Source: Acidobacteriota bacterium (GTDB lineage Bacteria > Acidobacteriota > UBA890 > WLXD01). Taken from it: DNA of 64,000 bases. The stretch lies in contig CBDFKD010000002.1 of the NCBI GenBank assembly GCA_965248695.1, positions 96,001 to 160,000 on the forward strand. Direction: 5' to 3'. Positions 55,418 to 64,000 of the stretch are shown here, one piece after another; position 1 is the first letter of the stretch, and each line of letters begins with the position of its first letter. The translations under genes were made by a program, and so were the position numbers. Under the pieces are notes generated by a model. That model was not told the DNA's origin. It saw only the letters and a program-made list of their open reading frames with translations, and did no database searches.

Positions 55418-55463
55418 CGTCTTGACCGGCGCCGTGGCCGGGCACGGAGCTCCGAGCGCGAGG

Positions 55464-56975
55464 CTAGTTGATGCCCACGGTCAGCTTGCGGATCGGTATC
55501 GCGAACATGAAGAACAACGCCCCTGTCGCGATCACGACCATCGCCACCGTGCTGAACAACTCCGCCACCGGTAGAGCGTCCATGTAGCCAGCCGCGAGGC
55601 CCGCGATCAGGTTGCCCAGTGCCGTACCCATGAACCAGATGCCCATCATCTGGCCCTGTAAGCGGCGCGGCGAGAGCTTCGTCGTGGAGCTCAACCCAAC
55701 GGGGCTCAGGCACAGCTCCCCGACGGTGTGAAAGAAGTAGGTCACCACCAGCCACATGGGGCTGACCTGGCCCTCGGTGACGAACTGCGATCCCCAGGAA
55801 AGCACCAGAAAGCCGATTCCGAGCAACACCAGGCCGAGGCCAAACTTGATCGGGATCGACGGGTTGCGAGCACCCAACCGTACCCAGAGCCCACCGACCA
55901 CCGGCGCCAGCAGGATGATGAACGTCGGGTTGACGTTCTGTAGCAGCGAGGCGGGCATTTCCCAGCCGAAGATCACTCGGTTCGTGAAATCGCGCGCGAA
56001 CAGGTTGAGCGACGAGCCGGCCTGCTCGAACCCCGACCAGAACATTGCCGCCCCGATAAACAGCAGGAAGATCGCGAAGACGCGCTTACGCTCCGTGACG
56101 TCGCGGCAAACGAACCCGATGACACCGGCGAAGTAGGCGATCGACACGGCGGTGATGAGGACCCCGGTGATCTGGGCGAAGCCCACCAGCGTGAGCGCAA
56201 TCAGGCCGCTGGCAGTGAGCAGAAAGAAGGCTGCCGTGAGCGCCACCACCACGCCGACGCCGGTGAAGAACTGTCGCACCGACGCCGCGTAGACCTCCTG
56301 CGGGCGCGCCGCTTCCGGCAGCTCACCGCAGCCCAGCAAGTGTTTCTTGCCGGCGACGTACTGAATGATGCCGCAGGTCATGCCGATACCGGCGGCACCG
56401 AACCCCAGATGCCAGTTATAGCCCTCTCCGAGGAACGAGCAGATCGTCGGTCCCAGTACCGCCCCGATATTGATCCCCATGTAGAAGACAGAGAAGCCCG
56501 CGTCGCGCCGAGCACCCCCCTCGGGGTACAGGTCGCCGACGATCGCCGACACGTTCGGCTTCAGGAGACCGGTGCCGATGACGATCAGGATCAGCCCGAG
56601 ATAGAACGTCGGAACCGCCGGAATCGCCATCGAGAAGTGGCCCAGCGCGATGATGATGCCGCCGTACAGCACCGCCTGTCGCTGACCGATGAGCCGATCG
56701 GCGATCCAGCCGCCTGGCAACGCCAGGGCGTAGACGCCAAACACGTACAGCCCGTAGATCGCAGCCGCGGTGGGCGTATCGAGTCCGAAACCGCCGCGCA
56801 CCGAGTCGGTCAGGTACAGGATGAGCAGCCCGCGCATCCCGTAGAAGCTGAACCGTTCCCACATCTCGGTGAAGAACAGCGTCGACAAACCGCGCGGATG
56901 CCCGAAGAACGTCCCTCCGACAGCTTCAGCGCTCAAAATCGCCCTCCGATCGTGACCCCCGGGGTGGTCGCGCAC
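55464..56975 (-). CDS. POT/PTR proton-dependent oligopeptide transporter
   Basis: GHPRGL, EMWERFSFYGMR, FYMGINIG, GELCLSPVG. Confidence 0.93.
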   Translation of the reverse strand: MRDHPGGHDRRAILSAEAVGGTFFGHPRGLSTLFFTEMWERFSFYGMRGLLILYLTDSVRGGFGLDTPTAAAIYGLYVFGVYALALPGGWIADRLIGQRQAVLYGGIIIALGHFSMAIPAVPTFYLGLILIVIGTGLLKPNVSAIVGDLYPEGGARRDAGFSVFYMGINIGAVLGPTICSFLGEGYNWHLGFGAAGIGMTCGIIQYVAGKKHLLGCGELPEAARPQEVYAASVRQFFTGVGVVVALTAAFFLLTASGLIALTLVGFAQITGVLITAVSIAYFAGVIGFVCRDVTERKRVFAIFLLFIGAAMFWSGFEQAGSSLNLFARDFTNRVIFGWEMPASLLQNVNPTFIILLAPVVGGLWVRLGARNPSIPIKFGLGLVLLGIGFLVLSWGSQFVTEGQVSPMWLVVTYFFHTVGELCLSPVGLSSTTKLSPRRLQGQMMGIWFMGTALGNLIAGLAAGYMDALPVAELFSTVAMVVIATGALFFMFAIPIRKLTVGIN

Positions 56976-57051
56976 GTGCCGGGCGCGGAGCAGCGGCCGC
57001 CGCCTCGGTCGGCCCGAGAGCCTATCATCCCCCTACCGGGCCGCGCCGATA

Positions 57052-58338
57052 TCAATCCGGCGCCTTGGGCAGGTCGATGTCATGAGCCCGCTGCCGAGTC
57101 AACTTCTCGACATCGATGCCAGTCGCCGTCTTGAGCTGTTCGAGCATCGCCACGGCGCTGCCGGTGAGGTTGTTGATGTACTTGGGAATCCCGCTGCCAT
57201 CGCCGCCATCGACGATCGTCAGCTTGTCGACCGTAAGGTTGTCAGCGATCACCCGCGTAACCTTGTCGAGCAACTCCGGCATCAACTGGATCAGGAACAG
57301 GTCGCGGGTCTCCCCGTCTTGCCACTGTTCCCGCATCGACTCGACGGCTTGAGCGGTGGCACGTCCGTCTTCGAGGATTCTCGCCGCGTTGCCCTCGGCC
57401 TCCAACATAAGCGCCTGCCGCCGAGCCCGCGCCGGCGCCACGGTGTCGGCCTCCTCGCGCTTGGCGCTGAGCTCAGCGCGCGTACCCTGAAGCTCGACTT
57501 CCTGCTCGGCTCGCGCGATGGCTCCGGCGACTTCTGCACGCTGCTCCGCCCTGTTCGACTCGGCTCTGCGCTCAGCACGCCGAACGGCGAGCGCTTTCTC
57601 GGAATCGACTACAGCCAGCTCGGCTTCGATCTCGGCTTGGCGCCCGACACGCTCCTGCTCGGCGGCAACGCTTCGAGCTTCCGCCTCAGCACGCGCTTCG
57701 GCGATTCGCGCGTCGCGACTGACCTCGGCTACCTTCTTGCGACCGATTGCCTCGAGGTAGCCTTGATCGTCGTAGACGCTCTCGATCTGGAAGATATCCA
57801 GAACAATGCCGAGCTGACTCAGGCCCGCTCGAGCCCGGTCAGTTACCTGTTCCGCTAGCTGCAATCGCTGCGCGTTGGCCTCTTCGGGGCTGACGGTGGC
57901 GAGCACGCCGCGCAGCGCTCCCTCGATGGTCTGCTGGGCCGTCGTCACCACGGTGTCGAAGTTCTTGCCCAGGAAACGCTCCACTGCGGCCTCGAGCCCT
58001 TCCTCCTCGCGACCTGCCAGCTTGATGTTGGCATGACCCTCGATGCTGACCGGGATCATCCCGGCGCACATCGCTTTGCCCAGGCGCAACTGGACAGGAT
58101 GGCTAGTCAGCGGTAGCCGTGCGACGGATTCCAGCAGCGGACGCCTGAAGCCCCGTCCGCCACGGATGATGCGGTAACCCGACGTCTTGCCATCGGCAGT
58201 GCGCCGCTGACGCCCGGCCAGCACCACGAGCTCATTCGGTTGGCAGATAACAATGTTCGACTTGATGAAAATGAGCACCAGGAGAGTACCCAGCGCCCCA
58301 AGCCCCAACGCAATACCCAGAATCTGTGCTTGCTCCAT
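57052..58338 (-). CDS. Flotillin / SPFH-domain protein
   Basis: N-terminal TM, SPFH domain (EGALRGV, GYLEAIG), Ala/Glu-rich coiled coil. Confidence 0.88.
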   Translation of the reverse strand: MEQAQILGIALGLGALGTLLVLIFIKSNIVICQPNELVVLAGRQRRTADGKTSGYRIIRGGRGFRRPLLESVARLPLTSHPVQLRLGKAMCAGMIPVSIEGHANIKLAGREEEGLEAAVERFLGKNFDTVVTTAQQTIEGALRGVLATVSPEEANAQRLQLAEQVTDRARAGLSQLGIVLDIFQIESVYDDQGYLEAIGRKKVAEVSRDARIAEARAEAEARSVAAEQERVGRQAEIEAELAVVDSEKALAVRRAERRAESNRAEQRAEVAGAIARAEQEVELQGTRAELSAKREEADTVAPARARRQALMLEAEGNAARILEDGRATAQAVESMREQWQDGETRDLFLIQLMPELLDKVTRVIADNLTVDKLTIVDGGDGSGIPKYINNLTGSAVAMLEQLKTATGIDVEKLTRQRAHDIDLPKAPD

Positions 58339-58375
58339 GGATCACCAGCCAGCCGTGCTAGGGGTCGAAACCGTG

Positions 58376-59813
58376 CTAGACGTTGAAATAGAGGGCGAAC
58401 TCGCCCGGATGGGGACGTAGGCGCACGAAGTCGACTTCGTGCGTGCGTTTGTGCGCGATATAGGTCTCGAGCAGATCGGGCGTGAACACGCCATCGGCTA
58501 CGAGAAACTCATGGTCGCTCTCGAGAGCATCGAGCGCGTATGCCAACGACCCGGGTGTCTTCTGGATCGCTTCGCCTTCCTCCGTCCCGGCGAGCTCGTA
58601 AATGTCCTTGTCGACTGGTGCCGGCGGTTCGATCTGGCGGCGAATGCCGTCCAGCCCCGCGAGCAACATCGCTGAAAACGCCAGGTACGGGTTGCCCGAC
58701 GGGTCGGGCGTTCTGTACTCGATGCGCTTCGCAGCCGCGCTCGATCCCAGCATCGGCACGCGGATGCAGGCGCTCCGATTCCCACGCGAGTACACCAGGT
58801 TGATGGGCGCCTCGTAGCCGGGCACCAAGCGCCGGTACGAGTTGGTGGTCGGATTGCACAGCGCGCAGAGGGCGGGCGAATGGCGCAAGAGACCGCCGAT
58901 GAAGTGGATCGCGGCGTCGCTGAGGCCAGCGTATCCGTCAGGGTCGTAGAACAGGTTGATGCCGTTCCGCCACAGACTTATGTGCACGTGCATTCCAGAG
59001 CCGTTCTCCTCGAACAATGGCTTGGGCATGAACGTGGCGGCTTTGCCATAGCGGCGCGCAACATTCTTGACGACGTACTTGAACTTCACGGCGTTGTCAG
59101 CCGCCTGCGTCAACGGAGCGTATCGGATTCCGATCTCGTTCTGGCCTGCCGACGCCACCTCGTGGTGGTGCAACTCCGCCCGCACGCCGACGCTGCGCAA
59201 CACGGTCGTCATTTTCGAGCGCAGATTGTGGTACGGATCCACCGGCGGCGCTGCGAAGTAGGCACCTTTCTGGGCTGCCCGATGCGCCAAGTTATTGGCG
59301 GCGCTGTCGCCCGTATTCCAGAAGGCTCCGTCGTTGTTGACGAAGTAGAAGCCGTGCTGGGTATCCTGGTCGTAGCGCAACGTCATCGAACAGGAAGAAC
59401 TCCAGCTCGGGACCGAAAAAGACCTCGTCGGCGATGCCCAGCGATCGCACCAGCTGTGCCGCCCTATGGGCGACGCCACGCGGGTCCCGCGTGTACGGCT
59501 TGAATCCGTTCGGGTCGACAATCTTGCAGAAGAACGACAGGGTCGGGTCGTCAAAGAACGGATCGCGCATCATCGTGCCCGGATCAGGGACCATGATCAT
59601 GTCGCTGTTGTCGATCGCCTGGAAGCCGCGCACAGACGAGCCATCGAGGCCGAGCCCATTGACGAACACGCCAGCATCGATCTCATCGATCGGCAAGGTC
59701 AGATGGTGCAGCGCTCCGAACAGGTCGACGAACTTCACATCGACGAACTCGATGTCGTGCTCCTCTGCGAAGAGGAATACGTCCCGCGCCGTCGTCGCTC
59801 GATCTCGTGGCAC
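58376..59813 (-). CDS. glnA: Glutamine synthetase type I, with a 1-bp frameshift at about 59380
   Basis: DGSSVRGF, GPELEFF in one frame; HHEVA, TFMPKP, NGSGMH, RLVPGYEAP, RSACIR, DKDIYEL in the next. Confidence 0.9.
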
Positions 59814-59816
59814 GGG

Positions 59817-60155
59817 TCAGCCTAGCGCCCGGTCGCCACGCTCACCGGTGGCCACCAGCACGACATCATCCAGGGCGGTGACAAACACGACTCCGAACCC
59901 GCCGGTATCGCGCGCCGCGCGCTCGATAGCGTCCACCGCCACCTCTACGAGCTCGTCGCGCAAGGCGATCTCGATGCGGACCTTTTGGAAAAGGGACACC
60001 TCGTGGACAACCCCACGGAACGAGTGCGCCTCCGCCCCCTCGGGGGCAGTGCCGAGAATATTCGTCGCCGTCAAGTGCTTGATCTGGGCTTCAAACAGAG
60101 CCTCTTTCACCGCCGGAAACTGCTGCGGCTGGACGATGGCCACGACCATCTTCAT
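59817..60155 (-). CDS. Divergent P-II family nitrogen regulator
   Basis: 112 aa in register with PII (MK..VAIV.P, VKEAL, T29, G35, R47-G48, K58, TGERG); between amtB and glnA. Confidence 0.82.
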   Translation of the reverse strand: MKMVVAIVQPQQFPAVKEALFEAQIKHLTATNILGTAPEGAEAHSFRGVVHEVSLFQKVRIEIALRDELVEVAVDAIERAARDTGGFGVVFVTALDDVVLVATGERGDRALG

Positions 60156-60174
60156 GTCGCTGTCGCTCCCGGAG

Positions 60175-61428
60175 TTAGTCGGTGATGAAGATCTGGAAGC
60201 CGCTGTACGACTCGACACCGTGCTCTTCCAGGTCGAGTCCACGCAGTTCGGTCTCCCGTGAGACCCGCAGTCCGATGGTCAGATCAATAAAGCGGAACAG
60301 GACCCACATGGCAATTCCTGTAAAGGCCACACATCCCAATATGCCGAGCGTCTGAATGCCGAGGCCGCCGACGCCGCCACCGTAGAACAGACCGTTGCGC
60401 GGTGCACCCAGTGCGGCTTGGCCGAAGACGCCGACCGCTAGCGTGCCCCAGACGCCAGCCATTCCGTGCACCGGAACGGCACCAACGGGATCATCGATCC
60501 GCAGTCGGTTTAGCCAATCGACACCGAATATCGCGATCATACCGGCGGCGGCACCGATATAGATGGACGCCCCATCGCTCACCACAGCACACGGTGCGGT
60601 GATGCCCACCAGGCCCGCAAGAGCGCCATTCAGAGCCAGCGCAAGGTCAGGCTTGCCGAACTTGACCCAGGCAGTGAACATGGCTGTCATCGATCCCGCC
60701 GCGCCCGCCAGGGTCGTGTTCATCACGATCCGCGCCACCAGATCAGGATCCTCCATACCGAGCGTGGAGCCGGCGTTGAACCCGTACCAGCCAAACCAGA
60801 GGAGAAAAACTCCAAGGGTCACCAGCGGGATGTTGTGCCCACCGATGAAATTCGCCGATCCATCAGGGTTGAATCGACCGATGCGGGGACCCAGCATCCA
60901 GGTCCCAACCAAAGCGGCAACCCCACCGACGGCATGCACGACGGTCGATCCGGCGAAGTCGTAAAAACCCAGCTGCGACAACCAGCCGCCGCCCCATACC
61001 CAGTGTCCTACCACCGGGTAGACGAAGGCGGTAATGGCGAACGAGTAGGCCAGGTAGGCGACGAAGCGCATGCGCTCGGCCACGGCGCCCGAGACAATCG
61101 TCGCGGCGGTACCGGCAAACACGGCCTGGAAGAACCAGAAAGCTGCTAACGGCAAAGTGTCTACGGGACTCTCGGCACCGACCATGAACCAGCCTGTGGT
61201 ACCGACGAACAGCCCTGCCGAGCCGTACATGATCGCGTAGCCGAACACGTAGTAGCCGAACGTCGCGAAGCAAAAGTCCATGAGGTTCTTCATCAGGACG
61301 TTGGCGGCATTCTTGGCGCGAATCAGACCCGCCTCGACCAGGCCGAAGCCCGCCTGCATCAAGAAGACGAGGATCGCCGCCATCAACACCCAGAGAGTGC
61401 TCAAGCCGTCGTGAAGCTCTGCCGCCAT
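60175..61428 (-). CDS. amtB: Ammonium transporter
   Basis: MQAGF..VEAG, SGAVAER, DFAGSTVVH, LWFGWYGFN, DDPVGAVPVHG (both pore His present). Confidence 0.95.
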   Translation of the reverse strand: MAAELHDGLSTLWVLMAAILVFLMQAGFGLVEAGLIRAKNAANVLMKNLMDFCFATFGYYVFGYAIMYGSAGLFVGTTGWFMVGAESPVDTLPLAAFWFFQAVFAGTAATIVSGAVAERMRFVAYLAYSFAITAFVYPVVGHWVWGGGWLSQLGFYDFAGSTVVHAVGGVAALVGTWMLGPRIGRFNPDGSANFIGGHNIPLVTLGVFLLWFGWYGFNAGSTLGMEDPDLVARIVMNTTLAGAAGSMTAMFTAWVKFGKPDLALALNGALAGLVGITAPCAVVSDGASIYIGAAAGMIAIFGVDWLNRLRIDDPVGAVPVHGMAGVWGTLAVGVFGQAALGAPRNGLFYGGGVGGLGIQTLGILGCVAFTGIAMWVLFRFIDLTIGLRVSRETELRGLDLEEHGVESYSGFQIFITD

Positions 61429-61530
61429 GCAGCCTCCCGGTCCGCGAGGGTGAGCGGTGAACGAATGCAGGCCCACCGTCGCCACTGCCGATGGCGCGAG
61501 TCAATCCGCCACGGGCGATAGCCCCGAGGC

Positions 61531-61559
61531 TGTGTACCGCATGCCATCACCGCTGTCAA
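61531..61559 (-). promoter_or_regulatory. Possible sigma70 promoter for amtB-PII-glnA
   Basis: TTGACA (61559-61554), 17-bp spacer, weak -10 TACACA. Confidence 0.3.
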
Positions 61560-61631
61560 AGCTCCGACTGCGGCACGGCAGCGGGACGAGAAAACCGCTA
61601 GCAGGCCGTGGTGCAGCGTCGTGCCTGTGTC

Positions 61632-62927
61632 TCAGCGTAGGACGCGCTCGACACGATCCTCGGGAAGGTAGCAATCGTAGGAACCGCCGATGCCACCGAT
61701 GTCGAAGATCGAGACCGGATCATCGACGCCCTTTACCTTTACTTTCAGCGCCCCGTCGACGCGCACCGGTGCGTCGATACGATCCAGCGTCTCCTGTGAC
61801 GCGAGGATCTGGCCTCCCATTGCCGTTGCCTCCAGGCGCGCTGCCCGATTCACCGCATTGCCGATGACGCTGTAGCTCATGCGCCGCTGCGAACCGATCG
61901 TGCCAGCGATAACGCTGCCAGTGTCGATCCCTATCCCCGCGGCGATCTCCGGCAATCCGTTGGCGCGGTTGCTAGCGTTGACCGTCGACATCGACAGCTG
62001 CATGTCGATAGCGCAGGCCACCGCCCGAGCTGCGTCGTCATTACCGGCGGTCGGCGCGCCGAACAGCGCCATGATCGAGTCGCCGACAAACTTGTCCACC
62101 GTCCCACAGTGGTCCTCGATCACTCCCACCATGACTCCGAAGTAGCTATTCAGCAGACCCACGACCTGCTCGGGTTCGAGTCGCTGGGCCAACGGCGTAA
62201 AGCCACGAAGGTCGGCCATGAGAATAGAGACCGTTCGCTCAGCGCCGCCAAGCTCCAGCTGTCCGGGCGACTGAAGCACGCTGTCGGCCACCTCCGCGGT
62301 GAGGAAACAACCGAGCGTGTCCTCGATGAAGCAATTGCGCACTTCGAGGTCTTCGTTTAGCGCCTCGGCGTGGCGCTTGGCAATCAGCAGGCTCTCCTGA
62401 AGCTCGGCTACCTCGCGAAGGTTGAGCTGATCCTCGGCCAGACGCGCCAGATCGCCCAGCGCCACCAGCTCGTCGGCGCCGAACTCGCGCGGGCGGCGAT
62501 CGGCGATGCACAGCGTGCCGACGCGGTGGCCCTCCGCCGTTGCCAGCGGATGCCCGGCGTAGAAGCGCAGATGCGGCGCGCCGACCACCAACGGATTGTC
62601 CCGAAAGCGCGGATCGTCGGCAGTATCGGGGACGATCAACGGTTGGTCGTGGAGGATCGTGTGTGAGCAGAACGAGATGTCGCGCGCAGTCTGTGGCGTG
62701 TCCAGCCCGCAGGACGACTTGAACCACTGCCGGTCCGCGTCGACCAGTGCGATGTAAGCGATCGGCACGCCGAACGCCTGGGAGGCGATCCTGGAAATAC
62801 GATCGAACCGCTGCTCCGGCGCAGTGTCGAGAATCTGCAGCGCATACAGAGCTGCCAACCGTTCGGTCTCGTCCTTGGGTATCGCAGCAGTGATCACTGA
62901 GGCTCCAGCGTCGACGTGAGCGCGCAT
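61632..62927 (-). CDS. GAF + class III adenylate/guanylate cyclase
   Basis: GAF; ADLRGFT, DKFVGD, GIDTG, GNAVNRAARLE. Confidence 0.9.
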   Translation of the reverse strand: MRAHVDAGASVITAAIPKDETERLAALYALQILDTAPEQRFDRISRIASQAFGVPIAYIALVDADRQWFKSSCGLDTPQTARDISFCSHTILHDQPLIVPDTADDPRFRDNPLVVGAPHLRFYAGHPLATAEGHRVGTLCIADRRPREFGADELVALGDLARLAEDQLNLREVAELQESLLIAKRHAEALNEDLEVRNCFIEDTLGCFLTAEVADSVLQSPGQLELGGAERTVSILMADLRGFTPLAQRLEPEQVVGLLNSYFGVMVGVIEDHCGTVDKFVGDSIMALFGAPTAGNDDAARAVACAIDMQLSMSTVNASNRANGLPEIAAGIGIDTGSVIAGTIGSQRRMSYSVIGNAVNRAARLEATAMGGQILASQETLDRIDAPVRVDGALKVKVKGVDDPVSIFDIGGIGGSYDCYLPEDRVERVLR

Positions 62928-63059
62928 CGTACGATCGGCGTGTAGAAGTTTCCATCATCGCGTTTTCGTGCGCCACCATCCAGCCGTCAAGCGTACACGC
63001 CGCCGGATTGCTACCCTGCAACGGTCAGCCTCGGTCGTCCGCCGCCCGCCTGGATCCCA

Positions 63060-63941
63060 ATGTCTTCAGCCGTCGTCGCAGTGGTGGAGCGCATCAGTGT
63101 TCTGGGCGCCGGCACGATGGGTCACGGCATCGCGCAGGTTGCCGCCCAGGCAGGGTACCGCACGACTCTGTACGACATTGAGGCACGCCTGCTGGATGCC
63201 GCCCGCGCCCGCATCGCGGCCAACCTGGCGGCGGGGATCGAGCGCGGCAAGCTCGACGGGGCCGCCCGAGACACCGCCCTTGCCCTCATCCGCACTACGA
63301 CGCAGATCGAGGACGCTGCCGCCGCGGATCTGATCTTCGAGGCGGTGCCGGAGCGCGTGCCGCTCAAACAACAGATTTTCGGAGAGCTGTCGCGTCACGC
63401 CCCGGACAGTTGCATCTTCGCCAGCAACACGAGCTCACTCAGCATCGGCGAGCTCGCCACCGCTACCGACCGTGCCGACCGGTTTCTCGGCATGCATTTC
63501 TTCAACCCCGTGCACGTCATGAAGCTACTGGAGCTGGTGGTGCATCCAGGCACCTCCGAGGAGGCCCTGTCAGCCGCGCGCGCCGTCGGCGACGCGATGG
63601 GTAAGACGTCGATCGTCGTGCGCGACGTGCCGGGGTTCGCGTCCAGTCGATTGGGCGTTGTACTCGGCCTGGAGGCCATGCGCATGCTCGAACAGGAGGT
63701 GGCCAGCGCCGAGGACATCGACACCGCCATGGTGCTCGGCTACCGGCACCCTATGGGCCCGCTCAGGCTCACCGACCTCGTCGGGCTCGACGTGCGGCTA
63801 GGCATCGCCGAGTACCTGCACGACAAGCTCGGCTCCGACGCCTTCGAGCCGCCCCAGCTGCTGCGCGACATGGTGGCGGAGGGGAAGCTAGGGCAGAAGT
63901 CTGGGCGCGGGTTCTACGACTGGTCCGAGGATGGGGAGTAG
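63060..63941 (+). CDS. 3-hydroxyacyl(butyryl)-CoA dehydrogenase
   Basis: GAGTMGHGIA, EAVPE, SNTSSL, GMHFFNP, PMGPL..DLVGLD, GKLGQKSG.GFY. Confidence 0.92.
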   Translation: MSSAVVAVVERISVLGAGTMGHGIAQVAAQAGYRTTLYDIEARLLDAARARIAANLAAGIERGKLDGAARDTALALIRTTTQIEDAAAADLIFEAVPERVPLKQQIFGELSRHAPDSCIFASNTSSLSIGELATATDRADRFLGMHFFNPVHVMKLLELVVHPGTSEEALSAARAVGDAMGKTSIVVRDVPGFASSRLGVVLGLEAMRMLEQEVASAEDIDTAMVLGYRHPMGPLRLTDLVGLDVRLGIAEYLHDKLGSDAFEPPQLLRDMVAEGKLGQKSGRGFYDWSEDGE

Positions 63942-64000
63942 GGGCACAACCCGCTCTGTTCGCGAGGACCGCCTGGTGGTTGATGAGTTCTTCTGCTTAC

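Noticed and set aside
59370-59390. Programmed frameshifting in glnA
   Set aside because: No slippery sequence seen; a second similar indel in the window points to sequencing error
61430-61630. Riboswitch or sigma54 promoter upstream of amtB
   Set aside because: TGGCAT is present but lacks a correctly spaced TTGC; no riboswitch consensus recognisable by eye (a covariance search would be needed)

Overview
GC-rich bacterial chromosome window. Gene content resembles Acidobacteria/Gemmatimonadota-type heterotrophs (inference only). About 1-11220 is an accessory region: agmatine deiminase 3' end, a double-domain M42 peptidase, then an 8-kb IS pile-up. The pile-up holds an IS3/IS407-group element nested in its own copies, a second IS407-type element interrupted by a third IS3 element, a truncated spermidine dehydrogenase gene and an IS256. 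The rest looks like core genome: GMC oxidoreductase pair, peptidases, TonB receptor, leucine-catabolism (liu) genes with a TetR, HerA/FtsK-like ATPase, a pseudokinase/PP2C pair, MutS-like ATPase, secreted kinase-like protein, two twin-arginine PLP aminotransferases, TPR kinase, S1/P1 nuclease fusion, Lhr helicase, acyl-CoA ligase cluster, POT transporter, flotillin, amtB-PII-glnA, GAF adenylate cyclase and 3-hydroxyacyl-CoA dehydrogenase. Most notable: (1) a PII protein lacking almost all canonical effector and modification residues inside an amtB-PII-glnA operon; (2) a family of CTAG/TAG-targeted miniature inverted-repeat elements that rewrite gene ends; (3) the self-nested IS with a 4-bp end-to-end junction; (4) a pseudokinase divergent from a phosphatase. 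No rRNA, tRNA or CRISPR array seen. All calls come from motif reading; no database searches were run.
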